64,000 bases of DNA, from assembly GCA_963820715.1 (NCBI GenBank), contig CAWGAU010000004.1:385773-449772 (forward strand), written 5' to 3'. Origin of the DNA: an uncultured Actinomycetota bacterium (GTDB lineage Bacteria > Actinomycetota > Actinomycetes > Streptomycetales > Streptomycetaceae). Both the position numbers and the translations under genes were made by a program. The notes under the pieces are model-generated. The model had not been told where the DNA came from, ran no database searches, and saw nothing but the letters and a program-made list of their open reading frames with translations. This document shows, in pieces, positions 11,428-23,648 of the stretch (the stretch's first letter is position 1; each line of letters starts with the position of its first letter).

Positions 11428-13472
11428 ATGCCAAGATCCGTCCGCAGGCTGCTCGCCTGTGCGACCGCCGGCGCACTGTGGACCGGCGGCCTCGGCGCCG
11501 TCGCCGTGACCACCGAGGTGGCCGTCGCCGCGGCGCCCGCCGCGGCCCTCGACAACGGCCTGGCGCTGACCCCGCCGATGGGCTTCAACGACTGGAACGC
11601 CTTCGGCTGCAACGTCAGCGAGCAGCTCATCGAGCAGACCGCCGACTACCTGGTCAGCTCCGGCCTGAAGGACGCCGGCTACACCTACGTCAACATCGAC
11701 GACTGCTGGATGACGCACACCCGCGACGCCGACGGCAGCCTCGTCCCGGACCCGGTGAAGTTCCCCGACGGGATCAAGGGCACCGCCGACTACGTCCACT
11801 CCAAGGGCCTCAAGCTCGGCATCTACGAGGACGCGGGCACCGAAGACCTGCGCCGGGCTACCCCGGCAGCCTCGGCCACGAGACCACCGACGCGCAGACG
11901 TTCGCGGACTGGGGCGTGGACTACCTCAAGTACGACAACTGCAACAACCAGAGCGACGGCAGCCGCGCGGACTACGTCAACCGCTACACCGCGATGCGCG
12001 ACGCGCTGAAGGCGACCGGCCGCCCGATCGTCTACTCGCTGTGCGAGTGGGGCGCAGCAGAACCCGTGGGAGTGGGCCGGCGACGTCGGCAACTCCTGGC
12101 GCACCACCGGCGACATCAACGACACCTGGTCGAGCATGCTCAACATCGCCAAGCAGAACATGCCGCTGGCGGCGGACGCCGGGCCCGGGCCACTGGAACG
12201 ACCCGGACATGCTGGAGGTCGGCAACGGCGGCATGACCGACACCGAGTACCGCACGCCACTTCTCGCTGTGGTCGATGATGGACTCGCCGCTGCTCATCG
12301 GCACCGACCTGCGCAAGGCCACCCCGGCGACGCTGGCGATCCTCGGCAACAAGGACGTCATCGCCCTCGACCAGGACCCGCTGGGCTCGCAGGCCACCGT
12401 GGTCTCCTCCGACGGCGACGCGTACGTCCTGACCAAGCAGCTGGCCGACGGCGACCGGGCCGTCGCGCTGTTCAACGCGTCGCGACCAGGCCGCAGCGCA
12501 TCTCCACCACCGCCAAGGCCGCGGGCCTTCCGCAGCGCGGCAGCTACGCGGTGCGCGACCTGTGGAGCCACACCGACTACGACAGCGCCGGCACGCTGTC
12601 CGCGACCGTGCCCGCGCACGGCACCGTCCTGCTGCGGGTGAGCGGCAGCGCCGCCTCCGGCGCGGCGCGCCCTGCTCGACCCGCCGCTGCTCGACACCGG
12701 CGTGTCCAACGCGCCCGACCACATCGAGCCCGGCACGAGCGCGACGGTCGACACCTACGCCACCGACCTCGGCGCCCTGCCCGCCACCCGGGTCGGCGTC
12801 TCGCTCAGCGCCCCCGACGGCTGGACGGTCAAGGCCACCGGCGCCACCAGCGGCCTGGTGCTGCCCAAGGGCCACACGCTCACCACGCCCTGGACGGTCA
12901 CCGTCCCGGCCGGCACCAAGCCGGGCACGTACGCCCTGTCCGGCACGGTCGGCTACGACCAGCCGAGCGGGCGGCAGCCAGGTCACGCGTGCCGCTGGCG
13001 GGCAGCGTCACCGTCGAGGTGCCGCCGCCGTCCGGCACGAGCTACCTCAGCGACCTCGACTGGACCACGGCCACCAACGGCTGGGGGCCGGTCGAGAGGG
13101 ACCAGAGCAACGGTGAGACGGGGGCCGGCGACGGCAACCCGATCACCATCGGCGGCACCGTCTTCGCCAAGGGCCTGGGCACCAACGCGCCGAGCACCAT
13201 CACGTACTACCTCGGCGGCGGCTGCTCGACGCTGAGCGCGACCGTCGGCGTGGACGACGAGAAGAACGGCAAGGGCACGGTCGAGTTCGAGGTCGACGCC
13301 GACGGCACGCAGGTCGCCGACAGCGGAGTGCTGAAGAACGCCGACGGGCCCAAGCCGCTGCACGCCGACGTCACCGGCGCGCAGCAGCGTCCAGCTGATC
13401 GTCACCGACGGCGGCGACGGCAACGACAGCGACCACGCGGACTGGGCCGACGCCCAGGTCACCTGCTCCTGA
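11428..13472 (+). CDS. secreted alpha-galactosidase (GH27) with C-terminal carbohydrate-binding and NPCBM domains; multiple frameshifts
   Basis: Signal peptide [28 protein letters not shown]27 motifs: [66 protein letters not shown]: [26 protein letters not shown]...[33 protein letters not shown]. Ends ...VTCS. Confidence 0.85.
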
Positions 13473-13486
13473 CGACCGGTCACATC

Positions 13487-13526
13487 CCGTACGGCGGCGG
13501 CACGTCCACGTGCCGCCGCCGTACGG
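13487..13526. terminator. 19-bp perfect inverted repeat (CCGTACGGCGGCGGCACGT cc ACGTGCCGCCGCCGTACGG), 15 nt after the alpha-galactosidase stop
   Basis: Read directly from the sequence. A GC-rich hairpin without a U-tract is typical of actinomycete intrinsic terminators. Confidence 0.6.
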
Positions 13527-13780
13527 CGTGCTGCCCAGGGCGGCGCCGGCGCCGGTGCGTGCCGGCTCAGCACGGGGCGCCGCGCCGCGGGCCCGCACCG
13601 TACGGGGGTTTCCGGCGGTCGGCCGGGTGATCCGCGCGGGTGTCACGCGGACGGAGTACACGGAGGGGCGCGACCTTCGGCGCCCGCGCCCTCCCGGCAC
13701 CTCCGTACGCCGCTACCCGAGCGGCCGACCGCGCCGTTGACTGGGAGTTCGGCCCCGACCCGGGAGCGCACATGACCAAC

Positions 13781-14613
13781 AGCCGTAAGCCCGAGACCCC
13801 GGCCTGCGACCAGGCAGCAGCCCCCCACGCGTCAGCCCTGCAGTCCCGACCGCCGCCGTCCACCGGTCGTCTTCGACGCGCCGTTCTCCGACCGCTCGGC
13901 CTGGGCGGTGGGCCGCACCTCCGCCTACCCGCCGGACGGCCGCAACCCCGGCGACAACAAGCTCGACCAGATCGGCCCGGCCTCCGCCCCCACCGCCGAC
14001 GGCGTCTTCCGCGCCCGCCGCACCCGGGACGGCCTGTGGCACGCCGACCTGGTGTCCACCGAGTACGCCCCCGGCGGCTTCGAGCTGCTCCCCGGGCGAC
14101 GAGCTGAGCGCGACCTGCCGGGTGGAGGACGTCCGGGGCGCCTGGCCCGCGCTGTGGACCTGGGGGCGCGACACCGACTCGGGCCGCCCGCAGCCCGGGC
14201 ACGGCGAGATCGACGCCTTCGAGTACCACCCGGACAACCCGCGGATGCTGGAGCTGACCAACCACGTCCGCCGCGCCGCCCGCTACGCCGAGGGCGCGGT
14301 CACCCCCGGGCGGCCGTTCGCGCTGCGGGTCGTGCTCGGCGTGGACAGCGTGGTGTGGGAGGTCGACGGCGCGCGGGTCTTCGCCGACGGCCGGGGCGTC
14401 GGCCCGTCCTGGCGCGCCTGGCCGGTGGTCGGCATCAGCGTCTCCGCGGGGGCGTACGGCCATCTGCCGCCGGACGCCGGGGTGCACGAACTGCGCTGGC
14501 AGTGCACGGAGTCTGACGGTCCGCCGCCCGGTCCTCGACCTGCCCCGGCAGCAGGAGCTGACCGCACCAGTGGCCCCGCCGGCCCCAACTCTTCTTTGGT
14601 CCAGACCTATTGA
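13781..14613 (+). CDS. GH16-like (concanavalin-like glycoside hydrolase) protein; frameshifted, ends uncertain
   Basis: EIDAFEY fits the GH16 ExDxxE catalytic motif. Conserved stretches: RTSAYPPDGRNPGDNKLDQIGPASAPTADGVFRARRTRDGLWHADLVSTEYAPGGFEL and GAWPALWTWGRDT...GHGEIDAFEYHPDNP. Confidence 0.5.
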
Positions 14614-14638
14614 CGAGTGGTCGAGACCACTTTACGAT
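14610..14638 (+). promoter_or_regulatory. chitinase promoter: -35 TTGACG (14610-14615), 17-nt spacer, -10 TACGAT (14633-14638); spacer contains a DasR-type dre box AGTGGTCGAGACCACT (14616-14631)
   Basis: The dre consensus is ACTGGTCTAGACCAGT. The core TGGTCGAGACCA matches with one central mismatch. Streptomyces chitinase genes are classic DasR targets. Confidence 0.6.
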
Positions 14639-14754
14639 CCCGACCATCACCGTGCGTGATCCTCCAGCTTCTCCAACTCACCCGGAGCCGGGCTGCCACG
14701 GCCACCCCCATCGGCTCGGTGGCCGCCGTGCCCGCCGCGGGAAGGGAGCACAGC

Positions 14755-15890
14755 ATGATCGGTCGGAGACTACGGGTAGTGGGGGTCGGCCTGACCCTGG
14801 CCGCCCTCGCCCAACTTCCGGTCGCCGCGGCCGTCCACGCCGCGGCCCCCGGCCCACGAGCGGCGGCCGGCCCGGCCCGGCCGCCGCCGCCGTCACCGCG
14901 CGCCGTCCCGCACACGACCGCCGCCGACACCTGCGCGATCAAGCCGCCGCCCCTCGGGCAAGGTGCTCCAGGGCTACTGGGAGAACTGGGACGGCGCCGC
15001 CAACGGCGTGCACCCGCGGCTCGGCTGGATCCCGATCACCGACAGCCGGATCGCCGCAGCACGGCTACAACGTCATCAACGCGGCCTTCCCGGTCATCCA
15101 GTCCGACGGCACCGTGCTGTGGCAGGACGGCATGGACACCGGCGTCAAGGTGGCCACGCCGGCCGAGATGTGCCAGGCCAAGGCGGCCGGCGCGACGATC
15201 CTGATGTCGATCGGCGGCGCGGCGGCCGGCATCGACCTCAGCTCCAGCGACCGTCGCCGACCGCTTCGTGGCGACCATCGTGCCGATCCTGAAGGCGTAC
15301 AACTTCGACGGCATCGACATCGACATCGAGACCGGCCTGATCGGCAGCGGCAGCATCAGCACGCTGTCCACCTCGCAGGCCAACCTGGAGCGCATCATCG
15401 ACGGCGTGCTGGCCCAGATGCCCGCCGAACTTCGGCCTGACCATGGCGCCCGAGACGGCGTACGTCACCGGCGGCAGCATCACCTACGGCTCGATCTGGG
15501 GCGCGTACCTGCCGATCGTCAAGAAGTACGCCGACAACGGCCGGCTGTGGTGGCTGAACATGCAGTACTACAACGGCAGCATGTACGGCTGCTCCGGCGA
15601 CTCGTACGAGGCGGGCACGGTGGCCGGGCTTCACCGCGCAGACCGACTGCCTCAACAAGGGCCTGGTCGTCCAGGGCACCACGATCAAGGTGCCGTACGA
15701 CAAGCAGGTGCCCGGCCTGCCGGCCCAGTCCGGGCGCGGGCGGCGGCTACATGACGCCGACCCTGGTCTCCCAGGCGTGGAACGCACTACGGCAGCGGCG
15801 CTCAAGGGCCTGATGACCTGGTCGCTCAACTGGGACGGCTCGAAGGGCTGGACCTTCGGCGACAACGTGAAGTCGCTGCAGGGCCGCTGA
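14755..15890 (+). CDS. secreted GH18 chitinase; frameshifted
   Basis: Signal peptide MIGRRLRVVGVGLTLAALAQLPVAAAVHA after RBS GGGAAGGGAG. GH18 motifs: GYWENWDG, NVINAAF, ILMSIGG, FDGIDIDIE (DxxDxDxE), WWLNMQYYN, LMTWSLNWD. Confidence 0.85.
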
Positions 15891-15924
15891 CACGGGGTGC
15901 CGTCCCCGTGCCGCCCGACGGGCG

Positions 15925-15981
15925 CCCGCCGACTGCCCTCGGCGGGCGCCTGCCGTGTTTCCCCGGACCGAACCGGGGAAA
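15925..15981. terminator. two consecutive GC-rich hairpins after the chitinase gene
   Basis: GGCGCCCGCCGactgccctCGGCGGGCGCC and TTTCCCCGGaccgaaCCGGGGAAA. Confidence 0.4.
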
Positions 15982-16118
15982 TGGGCGGGCGCCCGGGCGT
16001 CAGGTCCGCGCAAAGATCACGGCACCCGGTGCCAATAATCCGTATCCGACAGGCGCCTTGGCGCCCGTGAAGCCGCACCCTGGGAGTCCCGAACACCGTT
16101 CCGGCCCCAGGAGGGCGC

Positions 16119-17994
16119 ATGTCCGCAGCCGTCACCGAGCAGTCCCCGGCGCCGGAGGCCGCCGAACCTCCCGATACGGGCGCGGCCACCGACCGGCACC
16201 GGCTCACCGCGCTGCAGGGACTGGCCGCGCTCTCGCTGGACGCGATGGCGTCCGTGGCCTACGGGCCGGAGGCGATCGTCCTGGTGCTGGCCGCGGCCGG
16301 CGCGCACGGCCTCGGCTTCACCCTGCCGGTGACGCTGGCCATCGCCGCGCTGCTCGCCGTGCTCGTCGCCTCCTACCGGCAGGTGATCGCGGCGTTCCCG
16401 GACGGCGGCGGCTCCTACGCGGTCGCCAAGACGCCACCTCGGCCGCCGCACCAGCCTGGTGGCGGCGGCCTCGCTGATCCTGGACTACGTGCTCAACGTC
16501 GCGGTGTCCGTCACCGCCGGCGTGGCCGCGCTCACCTCGGCCTTCCCCGGGCTCTACGGCGACCGGGTGTGGCTGTGCCTGGCCGTGCTCGCCCTGGTCA
16601 CCGCGGTGAACCTGCGCGGCATCGTCGACTCCGCGCGCGGCCTTCATGTACCGACCGCCGTGTTCGTCGCGCTCGATCCTCGCGATCATCGTCGTCGGGC
16701 TCTTCCGCGTCCGCCCCCGCCGCCACGGCCGCCGCCGCACGGCCACGCCTCCGGTCGTCGCGGTCAACGCCACCGGCGTCGGCGCGCTGCTGCTGCTCAA
16801 GGCGTTCGCGTCCGGCTGCTCGGCGCTGACCGGCGTGGAGGCGGTGGCCAACGCGGTGCCGTCCTTCCGCGCCCCGCGCCGTGCGCCGGGCCCAGCGCAC
16901 CGAGGTCGCGCTCGGCGGCGCTGCTCGGCGTGATGCTGATCGGCCTGGCGGTGCTCATCGGCCGCTTCCACCTCCGGCCGGTGCGAGGGCGTCGACCGTC
17001 CTCGCCCAGCTCGCGGACGCCTCGCTCGGCCACAACTGGGCCTTCTACGTGGTGCAGTTCGCCACCGTGGTGCTGCTGGCGCCTGGCCGCCAACACCTCC
17101 TTCGGCGGGCTGCCGGTGCTGATGCGGCCTGCTGGCCCGCGACAACTACCTGCCGCACGTGTTCGCCCTCAAGGCCGACCGCCAGGTGCACCGCTACGGC
17201 GTGCTCACGCTCGCCGGCGATCTCCGCGGTGCTGCTGGTCGCCTCCGGCGGCGACACCAACACCCTCGTCCCGCTCTTCGCGATCGGCGTGTTCGTCGGC
17301 TTCACCATCTGCCAGATCGGCATGGTCCGGCACTGGCGCGCGCGAGCGGGTGCCGCGCTGGCGGCGCAAGGCCGCTGCTCAACGGCTTCGGCGCGGTGCT
17401 CACCGGCGTCGCGGCGGTCGTGGTGACCGGCGACGAAGTTCATGGAGGGCGCCTGGCTGATCGTCGTCGCGCTGCCGCTGCTGGTGGCTGGCCTTCGAGG
17501 GCGTGCACCGGGCGTACGGGCGGATCGGCGCAGCGCCTGGGCCTCGGCCGGATGCCCGGAGCCGCCGCACCGCGGACCGCTCGCTGGTCGTCGTGCCCGG
17601 TCGTCGACCCTGTCCCGGCTGACCAGCGAGGCGCTCACCGCCGCCGTCTCGCTCGGCGACGAGGTGCGCGCGGTGACCGTCACCCACCCCGAGGAGGACC
17701 GGCGGCGACCGAGGCGCTGCGCCGCGACTGGGAGCTGTGGCACCCGGGCGTGCCGCTGACCGAGCTGCCCTCCCCGCACCGCTCGCTCGGCCGGCCGCTC
17801 GACCGCGTACGTCCGCGCGCTCGCCGCCGAGCGACCCGGCACCCGGATCACCGTGCTCGATCGCCGAGGTCGAACCCGTGCACGTCTGGCAGCGGCTGCT
17901 GCAGAACCAGCGCGGCGCGGTCGTCGCCCACGCGGTACGCCGCGACACCGACGCCGTCGTGTGCCGGCTGCGGTTCCGCCTCAGGTCCCTGTGA
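16119..17994 (+). CDS. APC-superfamily permease with ~200-aa C-terminal cytoplasmic domain (KimA-like architecture; substrate unknown); several frameshifts
   Basis: RBS AGGAGG. TM core: ALSLDAMASVAYGPEAIVLVLAAAG...AVLVASYRQVIAAFPDGGGSYAVAKT and LVPLFAIGVFVGFTICQIGMVRHWRA. Soluble tail: ATEALRRDWELWHPGVPLTELPSPHRSLGRPL...VVCRLRFRLRSL. Confidence 0.75.
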
Positions 17995-18034
17995 GCCCTT
18001 TCCCGTGGGCCGCGCCGGGTACAGGCGTCAACGG

Positions 18035-18111
18035 CACGTCAAGAGGGCGACCGGCCGCGCCAGGAAAGCGTTAACGCGCTGGCCGCGAAACGGCCGGGTC
18101 GGCTTGCGTAG
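18035..18111 (+). promoter_or_regulatory. conserved leader blocks upstream of kdpD (A CACGTCAA; B CAGGAAAGCGTTAACGCG; C ACGGCCGGGTCGGCTTGCGTAGG)
   Basis: The same three blocks recur in the same order and orientation upstream of the kdpF operon (23566-23648). Confidence 0.4.
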
Positions 18112-18157
18112 GGAGTGATCACCACGGAACACCGGCTCGGCCCCTGGAGACACGTCC

Positions 18158-20716
18158 ATGTCCGACCTCACGGGCCGTCCCGACGGCGCCCGACCGCTGC
18201 GCCCCGGCCCCGGGCCGCCGCGGGCGCCTGAAGGTGTTCCTCGGCGCGGCCCCGGGCGTCGGCAAGACGTACCGGATGCTCGACGAGGGACGGCGCAGGG
18301 CGGAGCGCGGCACCGACGTGGTCGTGGCCTTCGTCGAGTGCCACAACCGGCCGCACACCCTCGCCCGGCTGGACGGCATGGAGATCGTGCCCCGGCTGGA
18401 ACGGGAGTACCGGGGCTCGTACTTCGGCGAGATGGACCTGGAGGCGGTGCTGCTCAGAAGCCCCCGAGGTCGCGCTCGTGGACGAGCTGGCCCACTCCAA
18501 CCCGCCCGGCGGCCGCAACGACAAGCGCTGGCAGGACGTCGAGACGCTGCTCGCCGCCGGCATCGACGTGGTCACCACCGTCAACATCCAGCACCTGGAG
18601 TCCGTCAACGACGTCGTCGAGAAGATCACCGAGGTCCCGCAGCGCGAGACCGTCCCCGACGAGGTGGTCCGCCGCGCCTTCCAGATCGAACTGGTCGACA
18701 TGCCCGCCGAGGCGCTGCGCCGCCGGATGGCGCACGGCAACGTCTACACCGCCGAGAAGGTGGACGCGGCGCTCGCCAACTACTTCCGGATCGGCAACCT
18801 GACCGCGCTGCGGGAGCTGGCGCTGCTGTGGGTGGCCGGGCGGGTCGACGAGGCGCTGCACAAGTACCGCACCGAGCACGGCATCGGCCGGGTGTGGGAG
18901 ACCAAGGAGCGGGTCGTCGTCGGCCTGACCGGCGGCGCCGAGGGCGACACGCTGATCCGCCGCGCGGCCCGCATCGCCGACCGCTCGGCGGGCGGCGACC
19001 TGCTCGCCGTGCACGTGGCGCGCAGCGACGGGCTGGCCGTCGGCGCCTCACCGGCCGCGCTCGCCCGGCAGCGGCAGCTCGTGGAGAGCCTCGGCGGCAG
19101 CTACCACTCGGTGGTCGGCGACGACGTGGCCTCCGCCCTGCTCGACTTCGCCCGCGCCAACAGCGCCACCCAACTGGTGCTGGGCACGAGCCGCCGCAGG
19201 CGGCTGGAGCGGCTGCTGACCGGACGCGGCATCGGCGAGACCACGGTCGGCAGCTCCGAGGACATCGACGTCCACATGGTCACCCACGAACGGGCCGGCG
19301 GCGGCCGGCTGCCGCCGTCGCGCCGCCGCACGCTGACCACCTGGCGGCTGATCGCCGGTCCTGTCGCCGGACTGGTGCTGCCGCTCGCGCTGACCGCCGT
19401 CCTCGCCCACAACCGCGGCAGCCTCAACCTCACCAGCGAGGCGCTGCTCTTCGTGCTCGCGATCGTCGGCGTGGCGTGCTTCGGCGGGGTGGTCTCCGCC
19501 GTCGTCGCGTCCGTGACCGCGTCCTTGCTGCTCAACTACTACTTCATCCCGCCGGTCGGCCAGTTCACCATCGCCGAGCCCAACAACATCCTGGCGCTCG
19601 CGGTGTTCGCGGTCGTCGCCGGCACGGTCGCGGCGGTCGTGGACCGCTCGCTGCGGCTGTCCCGGCGCGCGGCCCGGGCCACCGCCGAGGCCGAGACGCT
19701 CTCGTCGCTGGCCGGGAGCATCGTCCGCGGCGGCGACATCCTGCCCACCCTGCTGGAGCGCGCCCGCGAGACGTTCGGCATGGACAGCGCCGAACTCGCC
19801 CCCGCCCCCACGGGCGACGCCGCCGACGACGACTTCGCGGTACGGGTGCCGACCGGCGACGGCATGGTGCTCGAACTGCGCGGCCGCTCCCTGTCCGCCT
19901 CCGACCAGCGCGTCCTGGCGGCCTTCGCCGCCCACGTCTCCGCCGCCGCGGAACGGGCCAGGCTCGCCGAGGCCGCCGCCGAGATAGAGCCCGTCAAGGC
20001 CGCCGACCGGATGCGCACCGCCCTGCTCGCCGCCGTCAGCCACGACCTGCGCACGCCGCTGGCCGTCGGCTGGGCCGCCGTCAGTTCGCTGCGCAGCCAG
20101 GACGTGTCCTTCTCCGAGGAGGACCGCGAGGAACTGCTCGCCACCGCCGAGGAGTCGCTGGCCCGCCTCAGCCGGCTCGTCGACAACCTCCTCGACATGA
20201 GCAGGCTCCAGGCCGGCGCGCTCGCCCTGCAACTGCGGGCCACCACCCTGGACGAGGTGCTGCCCGCGGCCCTGGAGGCGCTGCCCTCCGACGCGCCCCC
20301 GGTCGACGCGGCCGGATCTGGAGGAGGCGCCCGCCGTACGCGCCGACCCGCCGCTGCTGGAGCGGGTCATCGCCAACCTGCTCAACAACGCGGTCCGGCA
20401 CGCCCCGCCCGGCCGGCCCGTCGTGCTGACCGCCAGCGCGCTGGGGGACCGGGTCGAACTGCGGGTGGTGGACCGCGGCCCCGGGCTGTCCGCGCAGGAC
20501 CGCGAGCGCGCCTTCGAGCCCTTCCAGCGGATGGGCGACAACGACAACAGCACGGGGCTCGGCCTCGGACTCGCCCTGGCCCGCGGGCTGACCGAGGCGA
20601 TGCACGGCACCCTCACGCCTGAGGACACCCCTGGAGGAGGACTGACCATGGTGCTGTCCCTGCCCGCCGCGGTGGACGCGCGGCCGCCCGAACTCTGCGA
20701 GGGGATCGGATCGTGA
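18158..20716 (+). CDS. kdpD: K+-sensing histidine kinase KdpD (KdpD N-domain + USP + TM + HisKA/HATPase); 3 frameshifts
   Basis: KVFLGAAPGVGKTYRMLDEGRRRAERGTDVVV, TVNIQHLESVNDVVEKIT, H-box AVSHDLRTPL, N-box IANLLNNAVRHA, G-box DRGPGL...GLGLGLAL. Confidence 0.9.
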
Positions 20717-21396
20717 CGTGCGTACTGGTCGTGGACGACGACTCCCCGATGCTGCGGGTGATCGGCGCGGGCCTGCGCTCGTACGCCTTCGCGGTGGTCA
20801 CCGCCTGCGACGCCGGCACGGCGCTGGACCTCGCGGCCAAGCGGCGGCCCGACGCGGTGCTGCTCGACCTCGGACTGCCCGACCTCGACGGCCTCGACGT
20901 GCTGCGCTCGCTGCGCGCCTGGACCAGCGTGCCCGTCCTCGTCGTCTCCGGCCGCACCGGCGTCTCCACCCGGGTCGCCGCGCTCGACGCGGGCGCCGAC
21001 GACTACCTCACCAAGCCCTTCGCCCTGGAGGAACTCGCCGCCCGGCTGCGGGCGGTGCTGCGCAGGCCCGCCCTGCTGGAGCCGCCGGAACGGGTGGAGG
21101 TCGGCCCGCTCACCGTGGACCTGGGCACCTACCGGGTCAGCCGTGCGGACCGGGAGGGCGCCGACATCCACCTCACGCCGACCGAGTGGCGGCTGCTGGC
21201 CGTCCTGCTGCGCAACCCCGAGCGGCTGGTCACCGGCCGGGAGCTGCTCACCGAGGTGTGGGGCCGCGAGTACGTCAAACGCACCAACTACCTGCGGATC
21301 TACATGGCCGGCCTGCGGCAGAAGCTGGAGCCCGACCCGTCAGCGCCCCGCCATCTGATCACCGAACCGGGGCTCGGATACCGCTTCCAGCCGTAG
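20713..21396 (+). CDS. kdpE: OmpR-family response regulator KdpE (intact), 4-bp overlap with kdpD
   Basis: [16 protein letters not shown]...[14 protein letters not shown]...[23 protein letters not shown]...[33 protein letters not shown]. Confidence 0.9.
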   Translation: MTCVLVVDDDSPMLRVIGAGLRSYAFAVVTACDAGTALDLAAKRRPDAVLLDLGLPDLDGLDVLRSLRAWTSVPVLVVSGRTGVSTRVAALDAGADDYLTKPFALEELAARLRAVLRRPALLEPPERVEVGPLTVDLGTYRVSRADREGADIHLTPTEWRLLAVLLRNPERLVTGRELLTEVWGREYVKRTNYLRIYMAGLRQKLEPDPSAPRHLITEPGLGYRFQP

Positions 21397-23372
21397 CCCG
21401 CGGCGCCCGCACACGCGCTCAGCCCGCGTGCACCCGCGGCCGCAGCGGCCCGGTCCGGCTCGGCCTCGCGCAGCACCTCGCGGGTGACCGGCGCGACCTC
21501 GCCCTGCCCGAAGAGGAAGAACCGCAGGAAGTTCGCGAACGGGTTGCCCTCGGTCCACTCGAAGTAGATGTGCGGGGTGCAGCCGGTGGTGTCGCGGACG
21601 TGCAGCAGCAGCGCGGCCAGCGCGTTGGGGATGGAGGAGCTCTCCACCGTCAGCACCCGGTAGCGGCCGTGCATCACCTGCCCGCGCACGGTCAGCGCCG
21701 TCTCGAACTCCGACGGGTCCAGCACGGTCACCTCGACGAAGACCAGGTCGTCCTCGGCCGGGATGTCGTTGTCGGTACGGATCTGCCGCACCTTGTCGCG
21801 GTACTCGGCCTCGTCGCGGCGGTCCGGCTCGTTGGCGATGAAGCGCACCTTGCGGCTGGCCACGTCGCGCACGAACCGCTCCGCCATGCCGTCCAGCCGC
21901 ACGTCGGTGACCCGCAGCTCGAAGGCGCGGGCGAGCCGGGACAGCAGGGACACCAGGATGATCCCGGCGATGAAGCAGGCGCCGATCTTCACACCGTCGG
22001 GCCGCTCGAGCGATGTTGACGACCGTGGTGTAGAGGAAGACCACCGCGATGACGCCGAAGCCGATCGCCCAGTTGCGCTGCCGGGCCCGGCGGGCGGAGA
22101 TCGTCACGGCGATGGCCGCGGAGCTCATCAGGACCAGCACACCGGTGGCGTAGGCGCCGCCCTGCTTGTCGACGTTCGCGTCGAAGATCCAGGTGACCAG
22201 GAAGGCCGACCAGGGTGAAGACCAGCACCATCGGGCGCACCGCCCGCGCCCAGTGCGGCGCCATGCCGTAGCGCGGCAGGTAGCGCGGCATCAGGTTGAG
22301 CAGCCCGGCCATCGCGGAGGCGCCGGCGAACCACAGGATGGCGATGGTGGAGAAGTCGTAGACCGTGCCGAAGGCCGAGCCGAGGTACTCGTGCGCGAGG
22401 AAGGCCAGCGCGCGCCCGTTGGCCGGGCCGCCGGTCTGGAAGTCCTGCTTCGGGATGAGCACGGTGGTGATGAAGCTGGTCGCGACGAGGAAGACGCTCA
22501 TGATCAGGGCGGCCGTCGTCAGCAGCTTCTTGGTGTCCCGGATCCGCCCGGCGGGGTTCTCCTCGGTGTCGCCCGGGTCGCCCTGCACGTGCGGCATCAC
22601 CGCGACGCCGGTCTCGAAGCCGGACATGCCCAGCGCCAGCTTCGGGAAGATCACCAGGGACACGCCGATCATCACGAAGACGTTGCCGCGCTCGGCGGTC
22701 AGCGCCGTGCGACCAGTCGGTGACCAGGTGCGGGGCGGACGACCACCTGCCAGAGGCCGTCCACGACCACCACGACGTTCAGCGCCAGGTAGATCGCCGA
22801 CCAGCACCACCGCGACGCCGATGGCCTCCAGGAAGCCCTTGAGGAAGACCGCGCCGAGCAGCGCGACCAGCAGCAGCGTGATCAGCATCTGGTGGCCGTG
22901 CCAGAGCGCTGGCGAAGTGCGGGTTCTCGGTCAGGTGGGTGGAGGCGTCGGCCGCGGACAGGGTGATCGTGATCAGGAAGTCGGTCGCCGCGAAGCCCAG
23001 CAGCGTCAGGACGAAGAGCTTGCCCTTCCAGAAGGACAGCAGCCGCTCCAGCATCGCGATCGAGCCCTCGCCGCGCGGGCTCTCCTCCGCCACCCGCCGG
23101 TAGACCGGCAGCGCCCCGGCCAGCGTCACGATCACCAGCACGACCGTCGCGATCGGGGAGAGCAGTCCGGCGGCCAGGGCCGCGATGCCCGGCTGGTAGC
23201 CGAGGGTGGAGAAGTAGTCGACGCCGGTCAGGCACATCACCCGCCACCAGCGCTGCCCGCGGTGCGCGGGCTCGGCCGGCTTCACCGCCTGTCCCGGCCG
23301 CGGCCGGCCCATGTCCGACAGGCCCTCCAGCAGCCATGCCCGCAGGCGGTTGGTCGGGGCCTCGGCGGTCAC
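21300..23372 (-). CDS. second APC-superfamily permease with C-terminal cytoplasmic domain (paralogous architecture to 16119-17994); frameshifted; 3' end uncertain
   Basis: Start GTG at 23372 after RBS AGGAG ([22 protein letters not shown]...). TM segments: [53 protein letters not shown]. Soluble tail: [42 protein letters not shown]. Confidence 0.7.
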
Positions 23373-23565
23373 ACGTCTGCTCCTGTCCGTGCGGCGGTCT
23401 CTCCGTCCGCGGCGGCGCGCGCTCCGTACCGGCGGCAGGCCGTACGGGCACCCCCGGCAGGGCGGAATCCGGCCATCGCGGCGACGGCGAGGCAAGCGTA
23501 CGCAACCGGCCCGCGACCGGTCGGGGCAGGGGCGCCGCGACACGCGGCCATGTCCGCATCAAGAC

Positions 23566-23648
23566 CACGTCAAAGCCGCCGGTGGCCGCGTCAGGAAGGC
23601 GCTAACACGGACGGCGGTACGGGCACGGCCGGGTTTGTCTTGGTGAGG
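23566..23648 (+). promoter_or_regulatory. conserved leader blocks upstream of the kdpF operon (A CACGTCAA; B CAGGAAGGCGCTAACACG; C ACGGCCGGGTTTGTCTTGGTGAGG)
   Basis: Same blocks as the kdpD leader. Confidence 0.4.

Noticed and set aside
13567-14487. 306-aa minus-strand ORF overlapping the GH16-like gene
   Set aside because: Arg/Gly/Pro-rich, no homology, antisense to a gene with a recognisable ExDxxE motif.
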